Below are positions 9,825 to 20,671 of a stretch of DNA of 64,000 nucleotides, in pieces; position 1 is the first letter of the stretch; each line of letters opens with the position of its first letter. Location: the IMG/VR virus record IMGVR_UViG_3300020048_006428, positions 32,001 through 96,000 of that record. One strand, written 5' to 3'. The notes under the pieces are model-generated. The model saw nothing but the letters and a program-made list of their open reading frames with translations, had not been told where the DNA came from and ran no database searches. Position numbers and translations under genes: made by a program. The DNA is from a virus. Taxonomy: Duplodnaviria; Heunggongvirae; Uroviricota; Caudoviricetes.

Positions 9825-9969
9825 AATTTAAAAATATTTTTCTTATTCATTATATATTTTTTAAATTATACCACTTATATAAAGATTATTTATTTTCTGG
9901 AAATTTTAAAATAAAAAAATAAAAAACCCACCAAATTTATTTGGTGGGTTTTTAAAAAAACTTTTTAGG

Positions 9970-10338
9970 TTATTTTTTAGATTCTGCTTCAAGAAATTCC
10001 TTTTCCTTTTTGTTTAAAGAATTAACACCTTTTTTAGATATTTTTTCAAGGATTATATCAATATCAAGGATAGCATCAACTTCAATTTCTTTTTCGCTGT
10101 TCATTAAGAATGAACTAAACTCATCCAACAAAACAATATTGGATTCAAATTTAGGAACATATGCAAATATATTCAATGTTTTACTATCAAAAAATAGAAT
10201 ATCCGCAGTCTTTTTCATTTCAATTGTTTTCTTAACTGACATATTTGATGGAAAATTCAATGCATCAAATCGTTCTTGAAGTTGTTTAGATGTTTTATAT
10301 AGTCTAAGATCAATTTTAATAATATTAAATGAGTACAT
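9970..10338 (-). CDS. Hypothetical protein with C-terminal DUF6576-like motif
   Basis: IDIILEKISKKGVNSLNKKEKEFL resembles the tail of Bacteroidota rhomboid proteases; TATATTTG upstream. Confidence 0.55.
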   Translation of the reverse strand: MYSFNIIKIDLRLYKTSKQLQERFDALNFPSNMSVKKTIEMKKTADILFFDSKTLNIFAYVPKFESNIVLLDEFSSFLMNSEKEIEVDAILDIDIILEKISKKGVNSLNKKEKEFLEAESKK

Positions 10339-10435
10339 AATGATATAAATTTTTATTTGTTCACAAATATAATAAATACTTTTTATATAGTAAAATTTTA
10401 ATATATATATTTAATAAAAAAAATATTTAAAAAAT

Positions 10436-13108
10436 ATGAAATATATAAAAAGTATAAGTGAGTTCAAATCATATAACGAATCAAATATAAGAAAAGTTCC
10501 ATATAGTAGGGAAATAAAAGTTTATGAAAATGCATTTGAAAATGATATTACTTGGGGTGGGTCTTTATTAGGTAGATTAATAAATTCCACAATTAGATAT
10601 AGCACAGCACAATATAAATCAACAAAAATAAAAGGAATAGTTGCTAAAGTTCAAACATGTTTGGATACATTAGTTGCTAATGTTGCGTTAGATGAAGATA
10701 GTAACAATTCTATTGATAAATTAAAAGTTAAAATGCTTTTAAAAGAAATATATGCTGTTGTTTCAAGTGATTCTGAATTGGATGAAAAATTAACAACATT
10801 ATTGGGTGATAAGACACAAGGGTCAGGTCTTATAGATACAACTATATCATACATAGAAAGTATTGATATTGATAAAAAAGATATATTGATAAAGAAGTTA
10901 GAAGATTTTAAGAAAGCCTTGATGGATATAGACTATAATATAAAAGATGATGATGAAGATGATGAAGATACCAATGATGTTGACCAATCTAATCCAGAAT
11001 TTAAGTTTTTCACTACAAATATAAATCTATTTAAATCAATAATAGGTCTTAATAATGTAATTAAAAATAGAAGAATAAAAATAGAAGGTGAACAAGATAT
11101 TGATAGTGGATATACAACTGCTGACACTTCTGTTGATGATTTTAATGCTTATAATAGAAACCAAAGAAATATTAATAAGAATAAAAAAGTTGATAATAAA
11201 CAGACAACTACAACTAAACCAATTACAACAACCCAAACAAAGAAGCCACCATTTAAGATAACATCAATTGGTAGTAAGGAAGAAGTGGAAGAAGTCAAAG
11301 CTAATGAAAATGTTGAAACCCTAAGAAGTAAAGAAAAACATGCAATAGCTGCTTGGAAAAAAATAATTAAGATATGTAAAGATATTAAAATTGATGATTT
11401 ATCAAAGAAATTAGAAGAAATTATAAATCAAAGTAAATCAGGTGAAAAATTAAATAAAACTGTAGTAATTGCTATTGGTAAGAATATAATATTAAATGAA
11501 GCAACAACTGGTAAACCAATCGGTTATCAAGAATTAATAAAAGAAGAAATGGGTAATATCCCTTCACAATATTCTGATTTACCAAAAAGAATTTCATTTT
11601 TATCTAAAATTTTATTATCATTCAAAGATGATATGGGTTTAATTGGATCACTTGGGGAAGCTATTCAACATATTAAAAATTATATAAAATCATATAACGA
11701 ATTAAAAAATATCTACCCTAAACTTTCTAATAAAAAGTTAGAAAAATTTAATGATTTTAATTTTAAGAAGAATTTAGAAAAATTTAATGATTTTAATTTT
11801 TTAAATGAAAAATTTGATATAAATGATGATTCAACCTATGATAAAGTTCAAGTGGCTTGGTTTAAATTTTTTAATAAAGGTGAAGAAAATTCTTGGAAAT
11901 TAACCAATGAAGATTCTGAATTGAGAGATAAAGTGGAAAATATAGGTGATAAAGAAATACCATTTGATTCCGAATCACATGTAGATAAAATAATGGAAAT
12001 AGTTAATCTATTTGGAAAAGCATATCGATTATATGCTAATAGTAGTATTCCATCTGGTAGACCTGGTGGTAGAGTATCACAAAAAACTTTTAGAGCATAT
12101 ATTTATATTGGAGAACTATCTAGTGGTAGAGGTGGTGATTGGGAAAATGGTGTTGCAAGTGGTGGACCATGGGCATATAAGATAACATTTGAAAAATGGG
12201 AAGATGGTATTACTAAAATATTAGAAGATCCAAAATATAGAAAAGTATTAGCAAACATCAAATTTAAAAATACTGGACCTAATCAAGATCAAGGTTCTGG
12301 TGTTACTGGTAAAGATGGTGGTTATGGTAGTGATGGTGGATCACCAAACAGAAAAATTGTATCCGGTAGATCATTATTTGACTTCATAAATGAAATGATA
12401 AATCCAGAAGGTGGTTTTGCTAAATCAAGACAAAAAATAATGAAAGAATATTTTGGTGGGGTTGATAAACTTACATCAGCAGAAGAAGAAGCAAGAAAAA
12501 AAGAAGAAAGAGAAAGTAAAGAAAATTTACAAGAACCAAAAACTAAAGAAGTTGGTGATAAAAAAGTAATATCATTTGTTAGTGCTGATCGAAATGGATT
12601 ATATAAAGTAGATAATATATCTAAACTAATTGGTAATTTTATTAAAATTAAATATAAAGATAATCATATTATAGCATATGTGATTGGGAAAAAAGAAATT
12701 AATAAAATTGAACATTTGTTAATTAAATTTAATTTTTCTAGTTCCGGTGAAAAACAAAATTTAATATCTAAATATCTATCTAATGATTTAAAAGACAAAT
12801 ATAAAATAACTGAAGAAAGTAAAATAATCGAGGAAAACACTCCATTATATTTTGGTGTTATTCCAGTTTCACAAAAAATATTAAAAAATAAAGATTTGAA
12901 ATTTAAATATGGTAAAGTAACCAATAATAATTTAATAAGTGAGATAAAACTGTTAGATATTAAAAAAATAGAAGAAATTACATTTTTAGCACATTGTCCA
13001 GACCAAGATAAAGTAATATGGAAATTAGTTGAAGTTAAAACCCCACAAAGTAGACTACAATATGACATATCAGATATAGATAAAATAGACTTAACAAAAT
13101 TAATATGA
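10436..13108 (+). CDS. Large hypothetical, probably virion-associated protein
   Basis: 890 aa, late promoter motif, leader-like N-terminus, just upstream of the tail sheath region. Confidence 0.65.
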   Translation: MKYIKSISEFKSYNESNIRKVPYSREIKVYENAFENDITWGGSLLGRLINSTIRYSTAQYKSTKIKGIVAKVQTCLDTLVANVALDEDSNNSIDKLKVKMLLKEIYAVVSSDSELDEKLTTLLGDKTQGSGLIDTTISYIESIDIDKKDILIKKLEDFKKALMDIDYNIKDDDEDDEDTNDVDQSNPEFKFFTTNINLFKSIIGLNNVIKNRRIKIEGEQDIDSGYTTADTSVDDFNAYNRNQRNINKNKKVDNKQTTTTKPITTTQTKKPPFKITSIGSKEEVEEVKANENVETLRSKEKHAIAAWKKIIKICKDIKIDDLSKKLEEIINQSKSGEKLNKTVVIAIGKNIILNEATTGKPIGYQELIKEEMGNIPSQYSDLPKRISFLSKILLSFKDDMGLIGSLGEAIQHIKNYIKSYNELKNIYPKLSNKKLEKFNDFNFKKNLEKFNDFNFLNEKFDINDDSTYDKVQVAWFKFFNKGEENSWKLTNEDSELRDKVENIGDKEIPFDSESHVDKIMEIVNLFGKAYRLYANSSIPSGRPGGRVSQKTFRAYIYIGELSSGRGGDWENGVASGGPWAYKITFEKWEDGITKILEDPKYRKVLANIKFKNTGPNQDQGSGVTGKDGGYGSDGGSPNRKIVSGRSLFDFINEMINPEGGFAKSRQKIMKEYFGGVDKLTSAEEEARKKEERESKENLQEPKTKEVGDKKVISFVSADRNGLYKVDNISKLIGNFIKIKYKDNHIIAYVIGKKEINKIEHLLIKFNFSSSGEKQNLISKYLSNDLKDKYKITEESKIIEENTPLYFGVIPVSQKILKNKDLKFKYGKVTNNNLISEIKLLDIKKIEEITFLAHCPDQDKVIWKLVEVKTPQSRLQYDISDIDKIDLTKLI

Positions 13109-13722
13109 AAATTAAAAAATATTTAGATTTTATTGCAGAAAAGTTTCAGGCGGATCAATCCGATCCACCTGAAATGGCATCTGATATGAACACATATAAT
13201 AGTTTAGAAAAATCAATTTCAGATTTCAATCAAAAAAAAGTTGAATTAAGTAATATTTATATGACTTATAAAGATGAAGCTGATTTAATTAACAAATTAT
13301 CAGCTCGTGGGCATATTGAAAAGAAAACAAATAATAAAAAACAAATTAAATTTAATAATCCTGTTTTAGCCTTATGGTCACAATCTTGTGAATTAAGAAG
13401 AAAGATTAAAGATTTAGAAGATGGTATTAAGAATGAAGAAGAAGGTATTAAAAGTGAACAAACTAATATTACAAACAATCAAGGAAATCAAACTATCCAA
13501 GATTCATCAACTTCTAAAATAGACCAATCTAAAGCTAATGTATTAAATAAAAAAAATGAAGTTACTAAATTAAGAAAAGAAATAATGGATATTGAAAAAA
13601 AGGTTAATGATAAGCTAAAACAAATGAAAAATGATTTAAATATATCTAAAAAAAGAATAGACTATTATAAAATTAATAAAAGGTCAGCTTCAACCACACA
13701 AACTGATATAACAAATCAATAA
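13105..13722 (+). CDS. Coiled-coil protein with MKIKKYLDFIAE leader
   Basis: Heptad-rich; N-terminus close to the T4 CTS MKTYQEFIAE. Confidence 0.65.
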   Translation: MKIKKYLDFIAEKFQADQSDPPEMASDMNTYNSLEKSISDFNQKKVELSNIYMTYKDEADLINKLSARGHIEKKTNNKKQIKFNNPVLALWSQSCELRRKIKDLEDGIKNEEEGIKSEQTNITNNQGNQTIQDSSTSKIDQSKANVLNKKNEVTKLRKEIMDIEKKVNDKLKQMKNDLNISKKRIDYYKINKRSASTTQTDITNQ

Positions 13723-13784
13723 AATGTAAAAAATACATATTTTACATTTTATATATACATTAAATAAAAATTAATGAAATAAAT

Positions 13785-16700
13785 ATGGCAATTCAAATTG
13801 GCAAATACAAAAGACCGGGTATCTTTATAGAAGAATTTGATAATTCTGTTATAGTCAGTCCTACTGTCACAGGAACTACTACTTTTGTTTCTGGTTTTTC
13901 CAAAAAAGGACCAGTTAATACACCTGTATTACTACAAACAGTTAATGACCTTGAAAGAATATTTGGTCCACTTGATAGAAATCTTGAAAGAAAAGGTTCT
14001 TTTTTCCATAGAACAGTAGCTAAATTATTGGAATCTAATCCAGTTTATGCTATGAATCTCTTAATGACATCAGATACATTAGATACATTAGAATACAAAT
14101 CATTATCTACTTCATCTGATAAAGTAAATGATATTATAAGAAATGGTGCTTATAGAAGATTCTTTGATACATCATCTTTTTGGAAAAAAGATACAGATTC
14201 ATTCATTACCTTAACAAGTAACGATTCAGGTGAAGAAGATAGACTTTTATCATTCACTAATATGTCTGATAAATATATATCAGTTTTTATATTTAAAACA
14301 AAATTAACTGGATATAATAGACAATTATTGGAATATTATGGTTCAGCAGATAAAGTACCAACTTATACTAATCAACAAGATTATGCTTCTGATTATATGG
14401 TTGATGTAATCGTAGTCGCTGGTGATTGGTCTAATTATTCACAATTATCAGTTGATAGTAAGTGGTCACAATACTTTACAACAGAAGGTCTTGATAAGAC
14501 TAAAATTAATGATTTCGCTAATGATAGAAATGTAAATCTATTAGCATATTATGAAGGTCTTTCAATGATTCCTTATTTTAGAGATAATAATGGTAGAAAT
14601 ATCTTTATTGAAACTATTATAAATAATGATACTGATAGAACCGGTTTATTCTGTGCTTTTAATTTGGATAAATTTGAAAAAGATTATTCAACTGGAATGG
14701 TTGATCTAATTGGTAATAATTTAGCAATTGCTGATGGTATAGTTAATAATGGACAAACAACAATTGATTTCTTATCTTATAATGCAACATTGGTTGAATT
14801 ATTAGACTATACTGCTACACCATTAGATATAGCAGGTGGTTCTGATGGTCAAAATGTAGTTGCTTTTGGTCCATCTATATCTAATTTAAGACCGGGCTCT
14901 TGGGGTGGAACTAATAGAACTGCTAATTTTTCAGAAGAATTAATTGCTGGTATTGACTATCACCTTGCATCTGAAACAGTTGCAACAATGTCTTTAGTAT
15001 TTGGATATTTACTATCACCCGTTTCAATAGCAACTGGCTTAACATCAAATTCTTATGTTGTTACAAGTGGAAGTAAATTATTGGTTAATTCTGGAACAGC
15101 AGGAACATTTACATTCTCAATAGCACCATCTAATTATACTTTATCAAGTAATACAGCAAGTTATACATCAGTAACTTATATTGATGCAACAACAGGTGAA
15201 TTAAAATTAGCTAGTTCAACAACAAATGATACTGCACCAACAATTGGAACAAATGATTTAGTATTAAATAGCTTTAGTTTTAGTGTTGTTAATCAAACTT
15301 TTGTAACTGCATCATTTACAGTAAATGATATTGGTGTAACCGCTTCTGGATTTAAAGAATTAGCTGTAACAACTGATTATACAGTAACAACTTTGAGTTC
15401 AACTAAAATAAAAGTTACTTTTGAACAGACAGCACAAAATGATACTGTTAGTGACTATGAAACACATAGAAAAATAAGATTGTTTAACTTCTTATTGACA
15501 ATATTGGATTCAGCTAATATTATAAAAGTTACTATGTTGAAAGATATGACAACTAAAGAAAAGATATCATTAGCAAATGCTACTTTATCTAATGTTGTTT
15601 TATCAACAACTTCTAATAAATCATTTGATTTAGATTTTGGAACTACTGTCCCCGCTGATATCTTAGCTGGTAACTTAGTATTCTACAAATTGGATAATGA
15701 ATTGACATTAGGTTCAGTTGGATTGGAAACAAAAACAACTGTTGGTTCAGCAACTGGTTATGGTGTAGCTGCAAAATATTCAGATTTATATACAAATTTT
15801 GTTGATGGTCAAATTAACACAGGTGATTATTTCCATTTAAATTTAATTGATCCAGATCCAATTAGAGTTGTATTCCAAAATGAAGGAACTTATAGCTATG
15901 TCGCATTCAGTGCTACACCAGGATGGTCTGTATTAGGAACCGAACAGATTTTTATTCCTAATTCTACTTTAAATGCAGTGGCTATTACATTAGATGGTAA
16001 TACAAATTATGCTCATTTATTAACTGATCCAGCAAATGGTGCTACATCTGGTGTTACATATTCTGTTGGATATGAAGCTTATAGAGTAACAACTGATGTA
16101 ACAAATGAAGATTTATCTAATGTTACTATGGTTTGGGATTATACAACTAAAGCATATCTTAAAATGTATTTAAATTCATCTGATAATTTAACAGTTCAAT
16201 TTACTGATAGCTTATTACAAACATCAGAACCGATTGATGCTATAAAAGATGCATCTTTTGAAGTGTTTACTAATAAAACCAACTATAAACAAACAATTGA
16301 AATTGAAGAACCAACTGGTTATACAGCATCTGTTAATAAAATATTAGTAAAAGGTTCAAGATATACTGAAATAAAAGTAGGTGATTTCTTAGAAGCTTAT
16401 GTTGATCCAAGTATAGCAATAGAACCTGATCAAATGACTAGAAATTTAACTAGAATTTTAACCAAAAGATTATATGCAGCAGATACTACTTTAGTTGAAA
16501 TCACATGTGATGCAGCAATTGAAAAATATGCAATTGGAACTGATTTACAAACAATGAGATATACAACAATTGAAGATTATGTAACAACATATAAAGCAAT
16601 TACATTAAAAGGATTTAGAGTTAGAGAAGCTTCTATGCCTGATGGTACAGAAACAAGACAAAATGCAATATTAAATTTGGTTGCTAAAGGAACACAATTA

Positions 16701-17636
16701 TTCAAAGCAATTACAAATAAAGAAACTATTGATTTTAGATATGTTATTGACTCATTTGGTTTAGGTTTAGCTGAACGTTCTAAACAACAATTAGTTGATA
16801 TATCTGGACAAAGATTAGATTGTTTTGGATTTATAAATATGCCATCAATGAAATCGTTCAAAAATTCAACTTCACCTAGTTTTGTTGATGGGGAAGGTGT
16901 TTTACAAACTGCATATATTGCAGTTGGTGGTAATCCAGAATCTAGTCCTGCTTTCTTATATTCATTTGGTGATGGTAGAGGTGTTAGCACAGTTGGCTAT
17001 TTCACCCCATACGTAACAGTAAATGATAATGGTAGACCAGCAGAAGTTCCACCAGCTATGTATGTTGCTAATACATATTTAAGAAAATTAAATAGTAATA
17101 ATACTTCAGTTCTTCCATGGACAGTAGCAGCAGGTGTAATAAATGGTAGAGTTACGAATATTGCAGGCACTGAAATGAACTTCACAGAAGTAGATATTGA
17201 AAACCTAAATACAGCTCAAATGAATCCTATTGTATTCAAACGTAATAGAGGTTATGTAATTGAAACTGAAAATACTGCACAAACACTTTATAAGTCAGCT
17301 TTATCTTACATACACGTTAGAGAAGTATTAATTGAACTTGAAAGAGAACTTTCTGCAATGTTATTGGAATTCCAATGGAAATTTAATACACCAGATGTTA
17401 GATCTGAAATTAAACTTAGAGCTGACGTTATTTGCGAAAAATATGTAAATAAAAATGGTCTTTATAACTACTTTAATAAATGTGATGAAGAAAATAATAC
17501 TTCCGAAATTATAGATAATCAGATTGGTGTGCTTGATACTTATGTTGAACCGATAAAAGCGATGTCTGTAATCGTAAACAACATAACAATCCTAAGAACT
17601 GGTGCGATTCAATCAGGTGGATTTTTAACTCAATAA
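13785..17636 (+). CDS. Contractile tail sheath protein (T4 gp18-like), enlarged
   Basis: N-terminal RPGIFIEEFD, GFSKKGPVNTP; C-terminal VPPA, PWTVAAGVINGRV, MNPI, SALSYIHVREVL, FQWKFN, YVEPIKA. Confidence 0.93.
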   Translation: MAIQIGKYKRPGIFIEEFDNSVIVSPTVTGTTTFVSGFSKKGPVNTPVLLQTVNDLERIFGPLDRNLERKGSFFHRTVAKLLESNPVYAMNLLMTSDTLDTLEYKSLSTSSDKVNDIIRNGAYRRFFDTSSFWKKDTDSFITLTSNDSGEEDRLLSFTNMSDKYISVFIFKTKLTGYNRQLLEYYGSADKVPTYTNQQDYASDYMVDVIVVAGDWSNYSQLSVDSKWSQYFTTEGLDKTKINDFANDRNVNLLAYYEGLSMIPYFRDNNGRNIFIETIINNDTDRTGLFCAFNLDKFEKDYSTGMVDLIGNNLAIADGIVNNGQTTIDFLSYNATLVELLDYTATPLDIAGGSDGQNVVAFGPSISNLRPGSWGGTNRTANFSEELIAGIDYHLASETVATMSLVFGYLLSPVSIATGLTSNSYVVTSGSKLLVNSGTAGTFTFSIAPSNYTLSSNTASYTSVTYIDATTGELKLASSTTNDTAPTIGTNDLVLNSFSFSVVNQTFVTASFTVNDIGVTASGFKELAVTTDYTVTTLSSTKIKVTFEQTAQNDTVSDYETHRKIRLFNFLLTILDSANIIKVTMLKDMTTKEKISLANATLSNVVLSTTSNKSFDLDFGTTVPADILAGNLVFYKLDNELTLGSVGLETKTTVGSATGYGVAAKYSDLYTNFVDGQINTGDYFHLNLIDPDPIRVVFQNEGTYSYVAFSATPGWSVLGTEQIFIPNSTLNAVAITLDGNTNYAHLLTDPANGATSGVTYSVGYEAYRVTTDVTNEDLSNVTMVWDYTTKAYLKMYLNSSDNLTVQFTDSLLQTSEPIDAIKDASFEVFTNKTNYKQTIEIEEPTGYTASVNKILVKGSRYTEIKVGDFLEAYVDPSIAIEPDQMTRNLTRILTKRLYAADTTLVEITCDAAIEKYAIGTDLQTMRYTTIEDYVTTYKAITLKGFRVREASMPDGTETRQNAILNLVAKGTQLFKAITNKETIDFRYVIDSFGLGLAERSKQQLVDISGQRLDCFGFINMPSMKSFKNSTSPSFVDGEGVLQTAYIAVGGNPESSPAFLYSFGDGRGVSTVGYFTPYVTVNDNGRPAEVPPAMYVANTYLRKLNSNNTSVLPWTVAAGVINGRVTNIAGTEMNFTEVDIENLNTAQMNPIVFKRNRGYVIETENTAQTLYKSALSYIHVREVLIELERELSAMLLEFQWKFNTPDVRSEIKLRADVICEKYVNKNGLYNYFNKCDEENNTSEIIDNQIGVLDTYVEPIKAMSVIVNNITILRTGAIQSGGFLTQ

Positions 17637-17649
17637 GATATTTAAAAAT

Positions 17650-17687
17650 AAAAAAGTCATATATAGAAATATATATGACTTTTTTTT
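17650..17687 (+). terminator. Intrinsic terminator after tail sheath
   Basis: AAAAAGTCATATATA...TATATGACTTTTTTT. Confidence 0.75.
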
Positions 17688-17738
17688 ATTAAACATAAAT
17701 AGGTATATTAGATATATATGTAAAAGCGCAATGTCAAA

Positions 17739-19457
17739 ATGAATTTAGATATATTTAAAAAACCGGATTCATCTGGTAAATTAGCAAAGGAAAAATATGT
17801 AATTAATAATCACCCAGAAGAATATGATTATATAAATTTATATTGTAAAGAAAACAATATAGATGTAACATTTAAAGAAAAAGTATATTTGTGTATTAAT
17901 GATATTAAACAAGTTCCTAATTGTAAAAACCAAAATTGTAATAATTTAGTTAAGTTTAGAAATACAAATTTAGGATATAGGGAATATTGTAGTAATAAAT
18001 GTATTTCAAGTGATCCAAATATAAAAAATTTAAAAACACAGAAGTCAATAGATAAATATGGAACTAAAACACCCGCTGAATCAAAAATTATAAAAGATAA
18101 GATTGTAAAGACTAATTTAGAGAAATATGGATTTAATTCTGCTATGTGTTTAAAAGAAACACAAGATAAGTCTAAACAAACTTTATTGAACAATTATGGG
18201 ATTGATAATCCAAGCAAAAGTAATATCCTATTGGAAAAAAGAATTAAATCTTTTAAAGAAAATATTGATGTATATAAAGAAAACTATAAAAATACGTCAA
18301 TGACTAAATATGGTGTTGAACATCCTTGGATGGATAAAAATATTCATAATAAAAGTGTTATTTCATCTTTTGATATTAAGAATGAAATAACAGAAAAGTT
18401 AATAAAAGAAAAGCTGAAAAATCATAATTTATATGAATTGATAAAAATTGATTATACAGCATTTAAAAAAAATATTTTTATAAAATGTCCGAGTGAACAT
18501 ATATTTGAAATAAATAGAGAAAATTTATATCAAAGAAATTTAAATGGTAGTGAATTATGCACTGTATGTAATCCAGTTTGTAGAGCAGTTTCTGGATTAG
18601 AAAAAAACCTATTAAGTTTTATAAAAATGAACTATAATGGTGAAATAGTAGAAAATTCAAGAAAGATAATAAAACCATTTGAAATAGATATTTATATACC
18701 TGAATTTAAATTAGCAATAGAATTTAATGGGTTATATTGGCATTCAATATTAAACAAAGAAAAGAATTATCATTTAAATAAATTTAATATGTGTGATGAG
18801 CAAGGTATAAAATTAATTACTATTTGGGAAGATGATTGGATTTTAAAAAGGGATATATGTGAATCTTTTATATTAAATCAATTGGGTAAATCAAACAAAA
18901 TTTATGCAAGGAAATGTACAATAAGAGAAATTGATTACAAAACATCACAATTATTTTTAAATAATAACCATTTTCAGGGTGATTGTAAATCATCTGTTAG
19001 AATAGGATTATTTTATGATAATAAATTAGTAAGCTTGATGACATTTTCAAAATTAAGATTAGCATTAGGTGGCAAACACAAAGATGGATATTTTGAATTA
19101 TTAAGGTTCTGTAATTTGTGTAATTATAGTGTTATAGGTGGTGCATCTAAGATATTTAAATACTTTTTAAATAAGTATAATCCAATTCAAGTAGAATCCT
19201 TTTCAGATAACCTTATTTCTATTGGCGCATTATATGAAAAATTAGGATTTAAATATAAACACACATCTGAACCTGGTTATTGGTATGTTATTGATAATAA
19301 AAGAGAACATAGATTCAATTGGCGAAAAAGCAAGTTGAAAAAATTAGGTGCGGATACAAATAAGACAGAATGGGAAATAATGTTAGATTGGGGTTTTTAT
19401 AGAATATACAATGGTGGTAATAGAAAATGGATTTATATACAAAAACATATAATTTAA
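17739..19457 (+). CDS. Hef-like putative homing endonuclease (Zn finger, KYG repeats, PD-(D/E)XK domain, C-terminal GNAT-like domain)
   Basis: EIDIYIPEFKLAIEFNGLYWHS, IWEDDW, IYARKC, ELLRFCN, GGASKIFKYF, LYEKLGF. Confidence 0.75.
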   Translation: MNLDIFKKPDSSGKLAKEKYVINNHPEEYDYINLYCKENNIDVTFKEKVYLCINDIKQVPNCKNQNCNNLVKFRNTNLGYREYCSNKCISSDPNIKNLKTQKSIDKYGTKTPAESKIIKDKIVKTNLEKYGFNSAMCLKETQDKSKQTLLNNYGIDNPSKSNILLEKRIKSFKENIDVYKENYKNTSMTKYGVEHPWMDKNIHNKSVISSFDIKNEITEKLIKEKLKNHNLYELIKIDYTAFKKNIFIKCPSEHIFEINRENLYQRNLNGSELCTVCNPVCRAVSGLEKNLLSFIKMNYNGEIVENSRKIIKPFEIDIYIPEFKLAIEFNGLYWHSILNKEKNYHLNKFNMCDEQGIKLITIWEDDWILKRDICESFILNQLGKSNKIYARKCTIREIDYKTSQLFLNNNHFQGDCKSSVRIGLFYDNKLVSLMTFSKLRLALGGKHKDGYFELLRFCNLCNYSVIGGASKIFKYFLNKYNPIQVESFSDNLISIGALYEKLGFKYKHTSEPGYWYVIDNKREHRFNWRKSKLKKLGADTNKTEWEIMLDWGFYRIYNGGNRKWIYIQKHII

Positions 19458-19492
19458 TTAAAATATGCTTTTTATTTTTAATATATATTAAT

Positions 19493-19906
19493 ATGAAAAT
19501 TAGAAAAGTATTTGAAGACACAAATGATTATGAACTTTGTGAAGAAATAAGTTATGAGACATACGAATCTCATATCTGGGTGGGTGAATATGGAGATAAA
19601 CTAATAAGCCTAAAGAATAATATAATTCCAATAATTAAAGAGCAAGAAAAGGAAATATTTGATTATTATTATGGTGTTGGTGGAATGCAACATAATAGTA
19701 GAAGCAAAACTGATTTTTATTCTTTTCATGGATATGAAGTTGATGGATTACATATAATAGTAGAAGCAATTGAAGATTATTATTTCTTAGTTACTATAAA
19801 TACAGAAGAATTTGAAATGTATTTCAAATGTGATGGTGTTGATGGTTTAAAAATGTTATCTAAGAAATTCATAGAAAAATATAAAGATATAAACAATGAA
19901 GATTAA
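19493..19906 (+). CDS. Hypothetical protein, tandem paralog 1 (MKIRKVFED)
   Basis: Start moved to ATG 19493 behind TAATATATA; shares CxEISYExY, EDYxx and YFxCxxxGLK motifs with the next two ORFs. Confidence 0.7.
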   Translation: MKIRKVFEDTNDYELCEEISYETYESHIWVGEYGDKLISLKNNIIPIIKEQEKEIFDYYYGVGGMQHNSRSKTDFYSFHGYEVDGLHIIVEAIEDYYFLVTINTEEFEMYFKCDGVDGLKMLSKKFIEKYKDINNED

Positions 19907-20258
19907 AAAAGTTTTTGAAAACATAGATGATGATATTTGTAGAGAAATATCATATGAAGAATATGCAGGGTATTTTGAAAGAGATAAAGTTAAATTATCA
20001 AATAATGATATAGAAACAATAAAATTAGAAAGAAACAAAATATTAGATCTTCTTTTTGAAAATAAAAAGGAAACATATTATTTATTTAGTTGTACAGTAT
20101 ACCATAGTTGTGAAGATTTTTTTCAATTTGAAGTTAATGCTTTAGAAGATTATTTATATTTAGTAAAAATAGAATTGCGTGAAAGATTGTTTACTTATTT
20201 TTTATGTGAAAGAGAAGGTTTAAAAGATATAGCAAGTAGATTTGAATCAAAAGTTTAA
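19896..20258 (+). CDS. Hypothetical protein, tandem paralog 2
   Basis: First ~70 nt identical to ORF 20273. Confidence 0.7.
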   Translation: MKIKKVFENIDDDICREISYEEYAGYFERDKVKLSNNDIETIKLERNKILDLLFENKKETYYLFSCTVYHSCEDFFQFEVNALEDYLYLVKIELRERLFTYFLCEREGLKDIASRFESKV

Positions 20259-20272
20259 AAAAAAAGAAATAT

Positions 20273-20653
20273 ATGAAGATTAAAAAAGTTTTTGAAAACA
20301 TAGATGATGATATTTGTAGAGAAATATCATATGAAGAATATGGAGAGTATTGTGAAAATGCTGAAGATAACGAAGAGTATGGGAAATTATCAAGTAGCGA
20401 TATTGAAGTTATAAAACAACAAAGGGATAAAATTTTAAATCGTTATGAAGAAACTACAAATTATTCTTATCAAATTTTATGTGATGTCACAGAAAGAAAG
20501 ATTGATAGTTTTTTTCAATTTGAAGTTTATGCTTTAGAAGATTATTTATATGTGACCCTTATGTCATTAGAAAACACCTATAAATATTATTTATGTGAAA
20601 GAGAAGGATTAAAAAATATAGCAGATAAATTTTTAAAGGAATATGAAAATTAA
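20273..20653 (+). CDS. Hypothetical protein, tandem paralog 3
   Basis: Shared FFQFEVxALEDYLY and LCEREGLK. Confidence 0.7.
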   Translation: MKIKKVFENIDDDICREISYEEYGEYCENAEDNEEYGKLSSSDIEVIKQQRDKILNRYEETTNYSYQILCDVTERKIDSFFQFEVYALEDYLYVTLMSLENTYKYYLCEREGLKNIADKFLKEYEN

Positions 20654-20671
20654 AGAAATAAAAGATATAAG

